Shown here piece after piece: positions 1-12,884 of a DNA stretch of 64,000 nt. The stretch spans positions 97,404,001 through 97,468,000 of the forward strand of contig NC_058368.1 in assembly GCF_018350175.1 (NCBI RefSeq). The letters are read 5' to 3'. This DNA comes from Felis catus (lineage: Eukaryota). The notes beneath the pieces are model-generated. The model was not told the DNA's origin, did no database searches, and saw nothing but the letters and a program-made list of their open reading frames with translations. The translations under genes and the position numbers were made by a program. The number at the start of each line of letters is the position of its first letter. Position 1 is the first letter of the stretch.

Positions 1-119
1 CTTTCTAAGTGTATGACCTTGAACAAGTTACTAAACCTGTCTGAGCCTCAGTTTTCTTGTCTACAAAATGAGAATGATAGTAACTACTTTTATATACGGT
101 CCTGGTAACAATTAAATGG

Positions 120-120
<1 letters not shown>
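1..120 (+). mobile_element. MIR fragment
   Basis: TGACCTTGAACAAGTTACTAAACCTGTCTGAGCCTCAGTTTTCTTGTCTACAAAATGAG MIR-core-like sequence. Confidence 0.75.

Positions 121-122
<2 letters not shown>

Positions 123-168
<46 letters not shown>
123..168. repeat. (TA)n microsatellite
   Basis: Perfect TA run. Confidence 0.98.
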
Positions 169-174
<6 letters not shown>

Positions 175-1619
175 TTAGTGTGGTGCCAGCTCATAAGAAA
201 TGGTCGTATTAGTACCATAGTATACTAAAAAAACCAAAAACATACATTAAATGTATGTATGGAAATTGTAAGAAAATATTATAAAATGTGAATAGTGACA
301 TCACACCTGAATGATATGACTACAGGTGATTTTTATTTTCTTTTTTATACATTTAGGGGTTTTCTATGTTTTCCACAAAGACAATGTTTTACCTTGTAAT
401 AAGAAAAAAGTTATTTGAAACTATTATTAAAATTCTTTAAAACAAGTTAAATATTTTTTCCAGTTTGATTTTTTAGACAAGTCAAAGATTACAGAATTTT
501 AATTAGGAAAGCTAAAATTGGATTCTATTGTAGTTTAAATTGTGATATTTTTCTAAACAACATATTCAAGTACTTTAATTCTATTTCACACTTTGACAAA
601 TATTAGAAAGTTATGAAGGACACTGAACTTCCCTTGGAAAATAATATACACCAAAGGTATGTTTAGTTAGCATTGCTTTAAGTGAACGGTTTGAGAGTTA
701 AATTTGCTGAGATTATGGGTGTGCATGTGTGTGTACGTGTGTGTATCACCACAGCAGAATCTGACCTAGCATCAGTTCAAATCAAATCAGTGTAGTGAAC
801 ACTGTGGATGAAGAGTCAGGAGAAAAGCATTGTTAGTCTTTTGGGCAGTTTATATAACTATACTTCCATCTGTACACAGGAATCACACTCTTACCGACTC
901 AAAATTAAAGCATGGATTAAAGACAAAAAGAAACAGCTTGAGAAAACATGCAATATCTGAGACATTCATGAATCTGGAGGCATTACACTTTGCGATTTCA
1001 AGTTATATTTCAAAGCTATAATAATCAAAACAGGATGGTATTGGCCTAAAACACGTTACTTAGATCAATAGAACAGAATAGAAACCTGGAAATAAAGCCA
1101 AGCATATATGGTTGATTATTTTAGGACAAAGGAGCCAAGAACACACATGGAGAAATGATAGCCTCTTCAACAAATGACATTGGGAAAATTGGATAGCCAG
1201 TTGCAGAAGAAAGAAGGTGGATCTCTATCCTCTACCATACACAAAAATCAACTCAAAATCAATTAAAGACTTGAACGTAAGACCTGAAACTGGAAAAACT
1301 CCCAGATGAAAACATAGAAGGTAAGCTCCTTGACACAGTATTGGCAATGATTTTTCGGATTTGACACCAAAAACCAAGACAACAAAAACTAAAATAAACA
1401 AGTGGGACTACATCAAACCGAAAAGCTGCACAGCAAAAGAAACCACCAATGAAATGAAAAGGCAACCTACAGAATGGGAGAAAATATTTGCACATTGTAT
1501 TTCTGATAAGTGGTTAATATCCAAAATATATAAAGAACTCATGTACACCAGTAGCAAAAACCAAACAACCCAATAGAAAAATGGACATGGGGACGGAATA
1601 GACATTTTTCCAAAATACA

Positions 1620-1830
1620 GGGGCGCCTGAGTGGCTTAGCAGGCTGAGTGCTTAACTCTTGATTTCAGCTCAGGCCATGATCTCACAGTCTGTGAGTTGG
1701 AGGCCCACATCGGGTTCTGCACTGACAGCTCGGAGTCTGCTTGGGATTCTCTATGTCCCCCTTTCTCTGCACCTTCCCCAGCTCTCTCTCTCAAAATAAA
1801 TAAATAAATATTAAAAAACAAAAACAAAAA
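1620..1830 (+). mobile_element. Can-SINE
   Basis: GGGGCGCCTG head, CT-rich tract, AATAAA/A tail. Confidence 0.88.
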
Positions 1831-1912
1831 GGACACACAAATGGTAAACAGGTACATGAAAAGGTGCTCAGCATCACTAATTGCAAGGGAAGTGCGAATT
1901 AAACCCGTAATA

Positions 1913-2115
1913 GGGGCGCCTGGGTGGCTCAGTCCAACTTCGGCTCAGGTCATGATCTCATTGTTCATGAGAGCCCCACATCAGGCTCTGTGCTGACAGC
2001 TCGGAGTCTGGAGCCTGCTTCTGATTCTGTGTCTCCCTCTCTTTCTGCCCCTTCCCTGCTTGCACTCTGTCTCTCTCTCAAAAATAAATAAACATTAAAA
2101 AAATTAAAAAAAAAA
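1913..2115 (+). mobile_element. Can-SINE
   Basis: tRNA-derived head, (CT)n, A tail. Confidence 0.9.
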
Positions 2116-2172
2116 CAACACAATGTCACCTCACACCTGTTAGAATGGCTACATCAAAAATACAATAAAATT

Positions 2173-2398
2173 GGGGCGCCTGGGTGTCTCAGTCAGTTAA
2201 GTGTCCAACTTCGGCTCAGGTCATGATCTGAGGGGTTCATGAGAACCCCGCATCAGGCTCTGTGCTTGACAGCTCAGAGCCTGGAGCCCACTTCGGATTC
2301 TGTCTCCCTCTGTCTCCGCCCCTCCCCCGCTCACGCTCTGTCTCTCTCTCTCAAAAAATGAATAAATGTTAAAAAAATTTTTAAAAAACAATAAAATA
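2173..2398 (+). mobile_element. Can-SINE
   Basis: tRNA-derived head, (CT)n, A tail. Confidence 0.9.
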
Positions 2399-3052
2399 AC
2401 AAGTGTTTCGAGGATATGGAGAAAAGAGAACCCTGGTGCACTGTTGGTGGGACTGTTCATCGGTGTAGCCACTATGGAAACCAGTATGGAGTTTCCTCAA
2501 AAAATAAAAAATAAAAAATAGAACTATCATATGATCCAGCAATGCCTCTTCTGGGAATATATCCAAAGGAAATGAAAACAGGATATTGAAGAGATATCTG
2601 CACTCCTGTGTTCATTGTAGAATTATTCAAAATAGTCAAGACATGGCAACAATGTAAGATTCTCTCAGTGGCCAAATGGATAAAGAAGATATTGTATATA
2701 TACACAATGGAATGTTATTCAGTCAGTTAAAGAAGGAAATCCCGGCATTTGCAACAACATGGATAGAAATTGAGAGCATTATACTGAGTGAAGTAAGGCA
2801 GATAAAGAAAAACAAACACAGCATGATATCACTTGTATGTGGACTCAATAAACAAACAAACAAACAAATTGTCAAACTCATAGTAACAGAGAGTAGAAAA
2901 ATGGTTGCCAAGGACTGGGTGGTGTGTGAAATTAAGGGAGGTTAGTAAAAGTGTTCAAACTTTTAGCAAGAACTTGAATAAGGTCTGAGGATCTAATGTA
3001 AAACATGATGACCGTAGTTGACAACACCATTGTATATAATTGAAATTTGCTA

Positions 3053-3267
3053 GGGGTGCCTAGGTGGCTCCATTGGTTAAGCATGAAACTTCAGCCCAGG
3101 TCATGATCTCACGGATTGTGGGTTCAAGCCCCCGTCAGGCTCTGTGCTGACAGCTGAGGGCCTGGAGCCTGCTTCGGGTTCTGTGTCTCCTTCTCTCTCT
3201 GACCCTGCCGCACTCATGCTCTCTCTCAAAAATAAACATTAAAAAAGTTAAAAAAAAAAAAAAAAAA
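3053..3267 (+). mobile_element. Can-SINE
   Basis: tRNA-derived head, (CT)n, A tail. Confidence 0.9.
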
Positions 3268-3379
3268 CCTTTAATAAAAACACAATAGGAATTTTGCAGT
3301 TTACTAACTTTTCCTATTATTATGATATGACACAGGAGGCTGCCTTAAAGATTTATACTTTAAAAAAAAAAAGTGACTA

Positions 3380-3601
3380 GGGTGCCTGGGTGGCTCAGTC
3401 GGTTAAGTGTCCGACTTCAGCTCAGGTCACGATCTTGCGGTCCACGAGTTCGAGCCCCGCGTCGGGCTCTGGGCTGATGGCTCAGAGCCTGGAGCCTGCT
3501 TCCGATTCTGTGTCTCCCTCTCTCTCTGCCCCTCCCCGTTCATGTTCTGTCTCTCTCTGTCTCAAAAATAAATAAACTTAAAAAAATTTATTAAAAAAAA
3601 A
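3380..3601 (+). mobile_element. Can-SINE (feline type)
   Basis: Head, CpG-retaining body, (CT)n, A tail. Confidence 0.92.
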
Positions 3602-3992
3602 CCTGACTGCTACATACTACTTTTCAATAGGACAAATGTTAGAAGAAATGAGTACAAAAAATAAGAACGGGCAAGTGGGGTGGTTTGCAATGGCCTTAAT
3701 TTTGCTCCTCCTTCCACAGAGACAGAAACACTTGGAGAGTGCTTCAAATACTCTGCATGTGCTGATAATTTCCAAATTTACACCTCCTGAAAAATTCTTG
3801 TTTTCTCTTCCTCCCGAACTTCCTCTTGCTTATTCTTCAGATCTCAGCCTAAATGTCAATTCCCAGAGACCCTTTCGTTAGACCAAGACTAGGCCACTTG
3901 CCTTTAAGACAAAAGCTTTAAACTCTTATGACTTTGACTCACAGTAAGAAATACATTTCATGGCCTGGTGCACAGACAGGCAAATACTTGTC

Positions 3993-4007
3993 TTTTTAAA
4001 TGTGTAT

Positions 4008-4050
<43 letters not shown>

Positions 4051-4230
4051 TTTTGATGGGGCAGGGAGGGGGGAAGGGGCAGAAAAAGAGAGAGAGGGAG
4101 AGAGAATCTCAAGCAGGCTCCACACTCAGTGCAGAGCCCGGCAGGGGGGTTCGATCTCACAACCATGAGATCAAGACCTGAAACAAAATGAAGAGTTGGA
4201 CACTCAATCAACTGAGCCATCCAGGTGCCC
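3993..4230 (-). mobile_element. Can-SINE with (TTTA)n tail microsatellite
   Basis: Reverse-complement SINE ending CCAGGTGCCC. Confidence 0.88.
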
Positions 4231-4387
4231 TGGCAAATACTCATTCTTGAATAAATCATTACTTCTATGCGTCTGTCACTGTTAGAAAGCACTAAGGACA
4301 CAAAGCGAGTACCACAGTGAAACACTCTTGCCCTGGAGAGAGCTTACATTCTGTTGTTCCTGCTTCTGCCTTTGCCTTCCTCAAAAC

Positions 4388-4438
4388 TTTTTTTTTTTTT
4401 TTTTTTTTTTTTTAGAGCAAGAGAGGGCACAAGTGAGG

Positions 4439-4476
<38 letters not shown>

Positions 4477-4585
4477 CAGGGCTCATGTTTTTTTACCTAA
4501 AGTAGGGTTCCAAATCACAAACTGTGAGACCATGACCTGAGCCAAAGTCAGGTGCTGAACCAACTGAGCCACCCAGGTGCCCCCC
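4388..4585 (-). mobile_element. Can-SINE
   Basis: polyT, (GA)n, ends CCCAGGTGCCCCC. Confidence 0.85.
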
Positions 4586-4594
4586 ACTTAAAAT

Positions 4595-5135
4595 ATTCTT
4601 AATCCAGCAGCTAGAATGATCCTATTAAAACATAAGTCAGATGATACTCTTGCTCAAGATCACCCAGTGGTTTCCCATCTCACTCAAAAGTCAAAACCAA
4701 TACCCCTGCTTTGAACTACAATTCTTTACATGACCCAGTGCCCCCATTGTCCCTCCTTCCTTATTGCCTTTTCACTCCCCATCAGTCACATTGGCCTTAC
4801 TTCATCTACAAATTCAAACAATCGTTCAGGCCCACTCAAGGTCTTTATGCTGGCTAATGCCTTCTGTCTGGAATGTCCTTCCTCCAAACAGTGAGTATGG
4901 CTCAGTCCCTCAATTTTTTTAGGTCTTTACCCAAAAGACACTGTCTCACAGAAGTCTTCACTGGCTGCTGTCTCTAAAACTTCAGTCCTTATCTCTGACA
5001 TTTGATATACTCCTCCTTTCCTTTTGTTTTTCAGTTCATCATCTTCTAACATATTCTATATTTTACTAAACTATGTTATTATCTTTCTCCTAGAAAGCAC
5101 ACTCCACAAGAACCTGGAGTTTTGTCTGTTTACTC
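4595..5135 (+). mobile_element. LINE-2 3' region remnant
   Basis: L2-like motifs (AAAACATAAGTCAGATGAT, TCTGGAATGTCCTTCCTCC, TTTGTCTGTTTACTCACTG). Confidence 0.6.
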
Positions 5136-5240
5136 ACTGGTAATATAAACTGCAACAAAAGTTTCACAATTCTTATCCTTACTATGTGTGATTTATTATA
5201 TTTTCTTTTATTTCTTTTCTTAAAAAAAATACTGGTTTTA

Positions 5241-5690
5241 GGGGCGCCTGGGTGGCTCAGTCGGTGAAGCAGCCAACTTCAGCTCAGGTCATGATCTCAC
5301 GGTCTGTGTGTTTGAGCCCCACGTTGGGCTCTGGGCTGATAGCTCAGAGTCTGGAGCCTGCTTCAGATTCTGTGTCTCCCTCTCTCTCTACTCTTCCCCT
5401 GCTCACACTCTGTATCTCTCTCTCTCTCTCAAAAATAAACAAACATTAAAAAAAATTTTAGGGGTGCCTGGGTGGCTCAGTCAGTTGAGCATCCGACTTC
5501 GGCTCAGGTCATGATCTCACAGTTTGTGGTTTCGAGCCGCGCATCAGGCTCTGTGCTGACAGCTCAGAGCCTGGAGCCTGCTTCGGATTCTGTGTCTCCC
5601 TCTCTTCCTGCCTTCCCTTCCTTGCTTGCACTCTGTCTCTGTCTCTGTCTCTCTGTCTCTCTCTCAAAATAAATAAACATTAAAAAAAAT
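5241..5690 (+). mobile_element. Two head-to-tail Can-SINEs (5241-5460, 5461-5690)
   Basis: Two complete SINE bodies; second begins in the A tail of the first. Confidence 0.92.
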
Positions 5691-6204
5691 ATATTGGTCT
5701 TAAGTCACTAGGTTGATTTCAGGGCCCACTCATGGATCATGATCCACAGTTTATATTACACTGACCTCAAGTAGGTTTTCATTGCACCCTGTGTGCTTGT
5801 TTCATAATATAACATCCCTCCCTCCCTCCGCTCCTCCTACCTCTCTAGCTCACTCGCTCTTGCTCTCTCTCTCTCCCTTTCTCTCTCTCTATCTATTCCC
5901 TGTCATATTGTAAGTCCCATGAGGAGTCAGGGTCATCTTATTCATTGCTGTATTTCCAGCACCCAGCCTAGGACTATAACAAGTACAAGTTATGCGCAAG
6001 CAGAAGTTAAAAAGTAGAAACTGTAAGCAGAAGTTAGCCACCAGGCAGATGCTAAGCAGAAACCCAGAAGGAAGTAGAAACTATGACCCAGTAGACAGAA
6101 ACGAAGCTATAATTTGTTTCTATGTCTGTATGTATCTTTACAGGAAACTTCTTTATCTTCCCTCTTAATTAAGGGGAGGTTTTGTTTTTTTTTAAATAAT
6201 GCTA

Positions 6205-6666
6205 GGGGGGCGCCTGGATGGCTCAGTCAGTTGAGCATCCGACTTCAGCTCAGGTCATGATCTCGTAGTTCGTGGGTTTGAGCCCCACATCAGGCTCTGT
6301 GCTGACAGCTCAGAGACTGGAGCCTGCTTTGGATTCTGTGTCTTCCTCCCTCTCTCTGCCCTTTCCCCTGCTCACACTCTGTCAACCTCTCTCTCGAAAA
6401 ATAAATGAATATAAAAAAAAATTAAAAAAAGAAAGAAAGAAAATAATGCTGGGGAGCCTGGGTGGCTCAATGGGTTAAACATCTGACTCTTTGATTTTGG
6501 CTCAGGTCATGATTTCACAGTCTGTGAGCTCGGGCCCCATATAGGGCTCCGTGCTGACAGCGTGGAGCCTGCTTAGGGTTCTCTCTCTCCCTCTCTCTGC
6601 TCCTCTCCTGCTCTCTCTTTCAAAATAAATAAATAAACTTCAAAAAAAAAAAGAACGAAAGAAAGA
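6205..6666 (+). mobile_element. Two tandem Can-SINEs (6205-6440, 6451-6666)
   Basis: Separated and flanked by AAA(T/C)AATGCT target copies. Confidence 0.9.
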
Positions 6667-7308
6667 AAACAATGCTATATAAAAAGGTGAATTAAACATT
6701 TTGATTAATCAGAGCAAACAATCTGAATACTTCTGTAAAATGAGTATCAAGTTTCTAAATCTCACATGGGGGTTGATGGATGAATGGAGGAATTACTTTA
6801 AAGCCTGCAGATGGCGAAGGCAGGAGAGTAAGCCTGTTCCATTCAGCCCTCCTGTCCTTTTACCCCCCAGCTGACTTCCTTCTTTACTCTGCTGCATGGC
6901 TCTGTCCCACAGGAAGGGCTCCTGCGTGATTCTTTGTCCCATAGAAGAAAGGATGGTCTAGATTTATTGGGAAGATGCTTTCAAAGGTAAATAAAACTTA
7001 GAGGAGTCATCTCTCTCTGAGAGTTCTTTTGTTCTAGGTGTTGAGGAGAAACAGGCTGGGTCCTCACCCAGGGAAGTGTCTAGGTTGATAAATAATATTC
7101 CAGCTCGCTCCAATTTAGGTCGTGTCTTGCTCTTTTGCATTCTGACATTTTTCATTGCCCTAGACCTCATTTTATGTAAGACTTATGAAATCTGAGAGTT
7201 GAGTTTGAGCATTGAGGTGGTCCAGTCTAATGCTAGATTCTACATTGGAGCTAGAAGACAAAAATCCCAGATAGAAATAATATGTGCCTATGGCTATGCT
7301 GTTTTGGG

Positions 7309-7312
<4 letters not shown>

Positions 7313-7352
<40 letters not shown>

Positions 7353-7361
7353 CACACACAC
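7313..7361. repeat. (CA)n microsatellite
   Basis: Near-perfect CA run. Confidence 0.97.
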
Positions 7362-7662
7362 AAATTTAGGGGGTACTTCCATGGCAGTAACAGATTTAAC
7401 CATGACATTAACAAATGCTAAACTTCAGTGCTTTTCATTTGCATGGGCCCCTTCTAAGAAATGAACCTAATTTTGTCTATTCTTTTTAAGAGGCCTTCAA
7501 AAATGTATGATCTTTCTGCCCCACAAAATCTGGATTTGCCCATGCCTTCAGGAATGCCAAGGGTAGAGATGCATGTTTTAGGAACTTATGTCTGCCCAGT
7601 AGCACCAGCTCTCATGAGCCTCAAGAGCTGTGGAACAAGCTGCAGAGTTGCTGCTGAGATAT

Positions 7663-7736
7663 GAAAAGAAAAGAAAAGAAAAGAAAAGAAAAGAAAAGAA
7701 AAGAAAAGAAAAGAAAAGAAAAGAAAAGAAGAAAAA
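7663..7736. repeat. (GAAAA)n pentanucleotide repeat
   Basis: Tandem GAAAA units. Confidence 0.97.
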
Positions 7737-7878
7737 GGTTGGAGCAATTTTTGGTTTCTTCTTAGCCACTGAGGTAGGTAAATCAGGGCTCACAGGAAAA
7801 TATAAACAGAGCTGAGGCACCCAAGTATAGAAGGAAGTGCCAATAACCCAAATAAATTTGGTATAAAAAAATATACTT

Positions 7879-8080
7879 GGGCACCTGTGTGGCTCAGTCA
7901 GTTAAGCGTTTGACTTCAGCTCAGGTCATGATCTCATGGTTTGTGGGTTCGAGCCCTGCATCAGGCTCTGTGCTGACAGCTCAGAGCCTGGAGGCTGATT
8001 CGGATTCTGGGTCTGGCTCTCTCTCTGCCCCTCCCCTGTTCTCTGTCTCTCAAAAATAAATAAATGTTAAAAATGTTTAA
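7879..8080 (+). mobile_element. Can-SINE
   Basis: Head, body, A tail. Confidence 0.9.
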
Positions 8081-8149
8081 AAATATATATACACTTTATC
8101 ATCTTTATTTGACTTATAATTCATACAGATCTTTAGTTAATCTTATTAT

Positions 8150-8282
8150 GTACAATAATGTAAGATATTGATAACAGAGGAAACTAGGTATAGGGTTTGT
8201 GGGGAGTCCTTGAACTATCTTCTCAATTTTTCTGTAAATCTAAAGCTGTTCCAAAAAATAAAGTTTTATTATTTTAAAAAAA
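8150..8282 (+). mobile_element. Old L1 (L1MC-like) 3' end
   Basis: CAATTTTTCTGTAAATCTAAAGCTGTTCCAAAAAATAAAG terminus. Confidence 0.65.
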
Positions 8283-8848
8283 GGTTATCAGTTATTCTAA
8301 TAAAAGTGTATCATTTACACACTGCATCATATTTTCTATGTAATGGAAATACTTTTTTGGGAGACTGACATTTGTTAATCTTAAAAAAAAATTAGGCTGC
8401 AGACAGGTTTAATTCTACTTAACCAAAGTGGAATAAGCAACTGATTTAATTAATTTAATTTATGGTAGGCTCTGGACATTGTGTGGATTTTTAAACTTAA
8501 TTAGGAAACATTTTTAAATTAAATCCAGCACTGAATGTTTGGTTTTTTTCCCCATTTATTTTATTTAACCTAATTATCAAAGCCTACAGAAGCTATAAAA
8601 CTTTTTAATGAGATATTTCATTTGGAGAGGAGGTGGGTTGTTCCCCTCCGACACACACACATAAATAGGTTATTCTAGAGTTGGTCTATAATGAAACCAA
8701 ACACCTGTTTGAAGTTTTATAAGACTACATTTTGAAGTAAGACTCTCTAACCTTGTAATTTTCTAGCACCTTTTATATGCGCATTGGAGCATTTCACAAG
8801 CACCTTATGGTGCATTTATAGTGACATTTCCTAAATGAGAGAAGCAGA

Positions 8849-8910
8849 TGAGTCAAATGACTAATACCAGATTCTCCGTGAGTCAGAAGTGGAACTGTTC
8901 CATTGAGTCA
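8849..8910. promoter_or_regulatory. AP-1 site cluster (candidate enhancer)
   Basis: TGAGTCA at 8849, 8879, 8904 plus TGACTAA at 8858 in apparently non-repetitive DNA. Confidence 0.5.
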
Positions 8911-9122
8911 TTACCTGTCAGTCCTAAGGCAATTTCCAGGAGAATTATTTAAACAGAAACCATCTGAAATCACAGTAAGGAAGTAAAATAGCAGCCATTT
9001 TCCTACCAGTTGGTCAATAGTGGGTTGTTTGAAACCACGTTTGAGGAGATGCATTTAACTAAAGATATTGCCAAAATGAAACACTGAGATACAGTTCTCA
9101 CCTTTAAGACAATAGAGAGACA

Positions 9123-9320
9123 GGGTCGCCTAGGTGGCTCAGTGGGTTAAGCATCTGACTTTGGCTCAGATCATGATCTCATGTTCCTGAGTTCAAGGCC
9201 CACATTGGGCTCTATGCTGATAGCTCAGAGCCTGGAGCCTGCTTTGGATTCTTGGTCTGCCCCTCCCCTGGTCATGCTCTGTGTCTCTCTCAAAAATAAA
9301 TAAACATTTAAAACTTTTGA
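9123..9320 (+). mobile_element. Can-SINE
   Basis: Head, body, tail. Confidence 0.88.
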
Positions 9321-10503
9321 AAATATATAGAGACAAATACCTGTTGCATTTATGCTATTCTTAATGGCAAATGGTGGCTTACGCCACTAGTATATAGGAA
9401 GTATATTAGACAAGTCAATAGCTCTCTATTAATTTTTTCAGTACTATCTCGGTATCCTAGCTTCTAAGATACCACCTTATAATGTAAGAACATTGTAGCT
9501 AAAACATAATTATGAATTTTTTGAACACCATAAACAAAGAATATCTGACCACAGAGTTTTCAGTGCCCCTTCCTTTAGTGATGAGGTGTCTTATGAGAGT
9601 ACATACCAGAAATAGAACATCAATATTTTGTATACAATTCCAAACTTTTACTAAAATTAGTTTCCACTTATACCCAAAATAGCTTGGGCCCAGATAAGTT
9701 TGTTTTCAACTGACTAGGTACAAGCCTGTGCTAGTAAGACTATATTTCACGTAACCCGTTTAAAGCAGTATGGTTTTTAAAATGAGTAATAAGTAGAAAA
9801 ATACTTGATCTGAAGCACACTGGGGGAAAAACATATTAACACAGATGATCCGTTAGTTTTTGAACTGCTTAACATTGTCACGGTAGTTTCTAACCTTGTT
9901 GGCAGAGACCTTGAGGGCAATGAGAATTGTGTCAAGCGAATGGCAGATTCTAATCAAATCCCTGGTTGCCTAGTTCTGATACTTGATAATGAAAAAAATA
10001 AAAGCACTGTTTCTATTAGTACATGTCCTGTTAGTATAAATTTATGGTATCAGAACTAACAAAAACCTGGGACCCTGCCCTAAGTGTGTATATAGTTTAG
10101 CATGAGGGAAAGCCTCTTTGAATCCTGGAAAGGTAGGATTAACTCCTAGAAATACCCAAAAGGCCTCCTCAGAAAGTTGTCTTATTGTGAACTGAGAGCA
10201 CATAGCCTGAGGGAAATACCTTGCCTTATATCTTCATTATAACACCCTTCATGAATACAATACTCCTTATGGGTGGGATCATGCACCTTCCTGCATGATC
10301 AGCTCGTATATAATGCACTCTAGTGGATTCTAGGAACTGCATCATCAAGGAAAGTCCAATTTAACTAAAAATCTGTTTGACTCAAGTTTTTGTTTAATGA
10401 ACCAACTCCCACATCCAAGCAAATGACCCATTAATAGTAAGGCAGGTGATACAGTTCAACAAATTGCATTGAATGGAAAACCCCATATAGAAGTACTATT
10501 CCC

Positions 10504-10680
10504 GGGGGCACCTGGGTGGCTCAGTCAGTTGACCATTTAACTTCCGCTCAGGTCATTACTTCAGTTTTTGAGTTCGAGCCCAGCATCGGGCTCACTGCTG
10601 TAAGTTCAGAATTTGTGCTTCCCCTGCTTGCAATGTCTCAAAAAGAAATAAAACTTTTTTTTTAAAACTAAAAAAAAAAA
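10504..10680 (+). mobile_element. Can-SINE (internally shortened)
   Basis: Head, A tail, TSD GAAGTACT(A/G)TTCCC. Confidence 0.88.
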
Positions 10681-10732
10681 GAAGTACTGTTCCCAAACAC
10701 AGATGTATCCAACAAGACTATTACAGTTAATT

Positions 10733-10985
10733 CTTTTTTTTTTAATACTTGTTTGTTTTTTAAATTATTTATTTATGTTTATGCTCAAGTTAGTTAACAT
10801 ACAGTGTAGTCTTGGCTTCAGGAGTAGAACCCAGTGATTCATCTCTTACATATGACATCCAGTGCTCATCCTGAAAAGTGCCCTCCTTAATGCCTGTCAC
10901 CCATTTAACCCACCCCCCACACCCGACACCCATCAACTCTCAGTCGGTTCTCTGTATTTAAAAGTCTCTTATGGTTTGACTCCCA
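10733..10985 (-). mobile_element. Feline-type L1 3' end
   Basis: polyT then CCAGTGCTCATCC..GCCCTCCTTAATGCC..AAAGTCTCTTATGG; resembles the L1 3' UTR at 51900-52075. Confidence 0.8.
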
Positions 10986-11106
10986 TACAGAGTGACTGTG
11001 GGATATTGATGAGCTCCAGAACAGAGGATAAGGACAGAAAGTGAGGCACACGTGGCTAGAACCACTGGGCAGCTCTAAGAAAGTATAAAATGTAAATGTA
11101 AAGTTC

Positions 11107-11340
11107 AGGGGCACCTGGGGGTGGCTCAGTCGGTTGGGCGTCCGACTTCAGTTCAGGTCATGATCTCACAGTCTGTGAGTTCGAGCTCCGCGTTGGGCTC
11201 TGTGCTGACAGCTCAGAGCCTGGAGCCTGTTTCAGATTCTGTGTCTCCCTCTCTCTTTGCCCCTCCCCCACTCATGCTCTGTCTCTGTCTCTCTCTCTCT
11301 GTCTCTCAAAATTAAATAAACATTTAAAAAAAATTTTTTT
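11107..11340 (+). mobile_element. Can-SINE
   Basis: TSD AATGTAAATGTAAAG(T/C)TCAG. Confidence 0.92.
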
Positions 11341-12520
11341 AATGTAAATGTAAAGCTCAGAGTAGAGGAGGTAGGCTAAGGACAAGGTTTTGCTAAAAAA
11401 CATGCAAAAAAAAGGGAGAGGTAATAGAGGGGACACTATGGGAGAAGGCTAAGAACAACAAAAACAAGTAATTTCATAATATAGAAGTCATCCTCTTCAT
11501 TGACAGACAAATCTAAGAAAAGACACTGCTTTTTGTCTTTTTTCTTTTTCTTTCTTTCTTTTTTCTTTTTTTTTTTTTTTTTTTTTTTTGAGTTGCCATC
11601 TGGACTCTATAGCAATTGATTTTCTCTTAAACAATATTTAAATCAACTAATCCCAGCAATTTTGACACTTTCTCAAAGTCATTTGAATGGGAATTTAATT
11701 ATATTAAATTTTCCCATTTTGTGAATCAGTTTATAGCAAATGGCCAGCAGGGAGAAACTCCTTTAGGAAATAACAGAATTTGACGTTTCAGGGCTGAGCC
11801 AAATGTCTGTTTAGATTAAGAGAGATGTGTCAAAAATCAGTATGAGGACATGTCTGGAAGAGTATCCAAAACACAGTGGTTATCTCCAGAAACTGGGTGG
11901 CTGGGAGACAAGGGCAAAGGAGAGACATCTCACTCTATACTCTTTTGTAGCTTTTGGGTTTTAAGCCATACGAATATATTATCGATTCAAAGAAGGAAAC
12001 ATAATTTTTTGAAAGTTAGATTGATGTGTTTCCCTTAAAATATTAACAAGACTGACAAGAGCATAATCTACTGGGAAGATCCTATTCTTGAAACGGTAAA
12101 AGACACAGCAAATGTCATTCTATCCCTTGGGTTAATGAGCTCTGCTATCTTGCAATCAGAAAGAATGCGCTCAATCAAATGTCTTTTGGAGCCAAAGAAC
12201 ACTCCCAAAGTCATTTCAACAACTGTACTTCACTGTATGTCATCATACATTATTTAATACAGTCTTCGGGGCAAAATATAGGTGTGGTTCCAAAGTTAAT
12301 GCTTTTAGCTTCTATAGATAAAAGGGAAAGTTAGAGTATAGAAAGAAAGCAATTTTGAGGTTTTCTCCTTTTTATGTCTCAGGTTTTACAGTTCCTGGAG
12401 CTGACAGAAACATAAAAATCAAACTTTGAAGTAGGAGAATAGACATGACCATATATGATAGATCTGTGAATTATTCAGCATAGCCCATTTCAAATCTTAC
12501 AATAAAAAATATTTCCAGTT

Positions 12521-12645
12521 GGGGTGCCTGGGTGGCTCAGTCAGTTGGGATTGTCTGACTCTTGATTTCAGCTCAGGTCATGATCCCAAGGTCATAGGAT
12601 TGAGCCCCGACTCAGACTCTGCACTGAGCATGGAGCCTGCTTAAG

Positions 12646-12707
<62 letters not shown>

Positions 12708-12833
12708 CCTACCTGTCTCTGCCCTTCCCCTGCTCATGCTGCTCCCTCTCTCTCTCTCTCTCTTTCTTCCTCCCTCCCTCTGCCCCTCTTCCCCACTCAC
12801 ACATGTGTGTCCTCTAAAGTAAAAAAAAAAAAA
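12521..12833 (+). mobile_element. Can-SINE with expanded (CT)n
   Basis: Head, long CT tract, TSD TTTCCAGTTG. Confidence 0.88.
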
Positions 12834-12884
12834 ATTTCCAGTTGACTGAACTACGGCTAATGAGAGTCAAAGTTACTGAATCCA

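Larger units (their letters stand above)
950..3050 (+). mobile_element. 5'-truncated LINE-1 (ORF2 C-terminal part + 3' UTR) interrupted by three SINEs
   Basis: ORF2-like peptides [30 protein letters not shown] and FATTWIEIESIILSEV. Confidence 0.9.
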
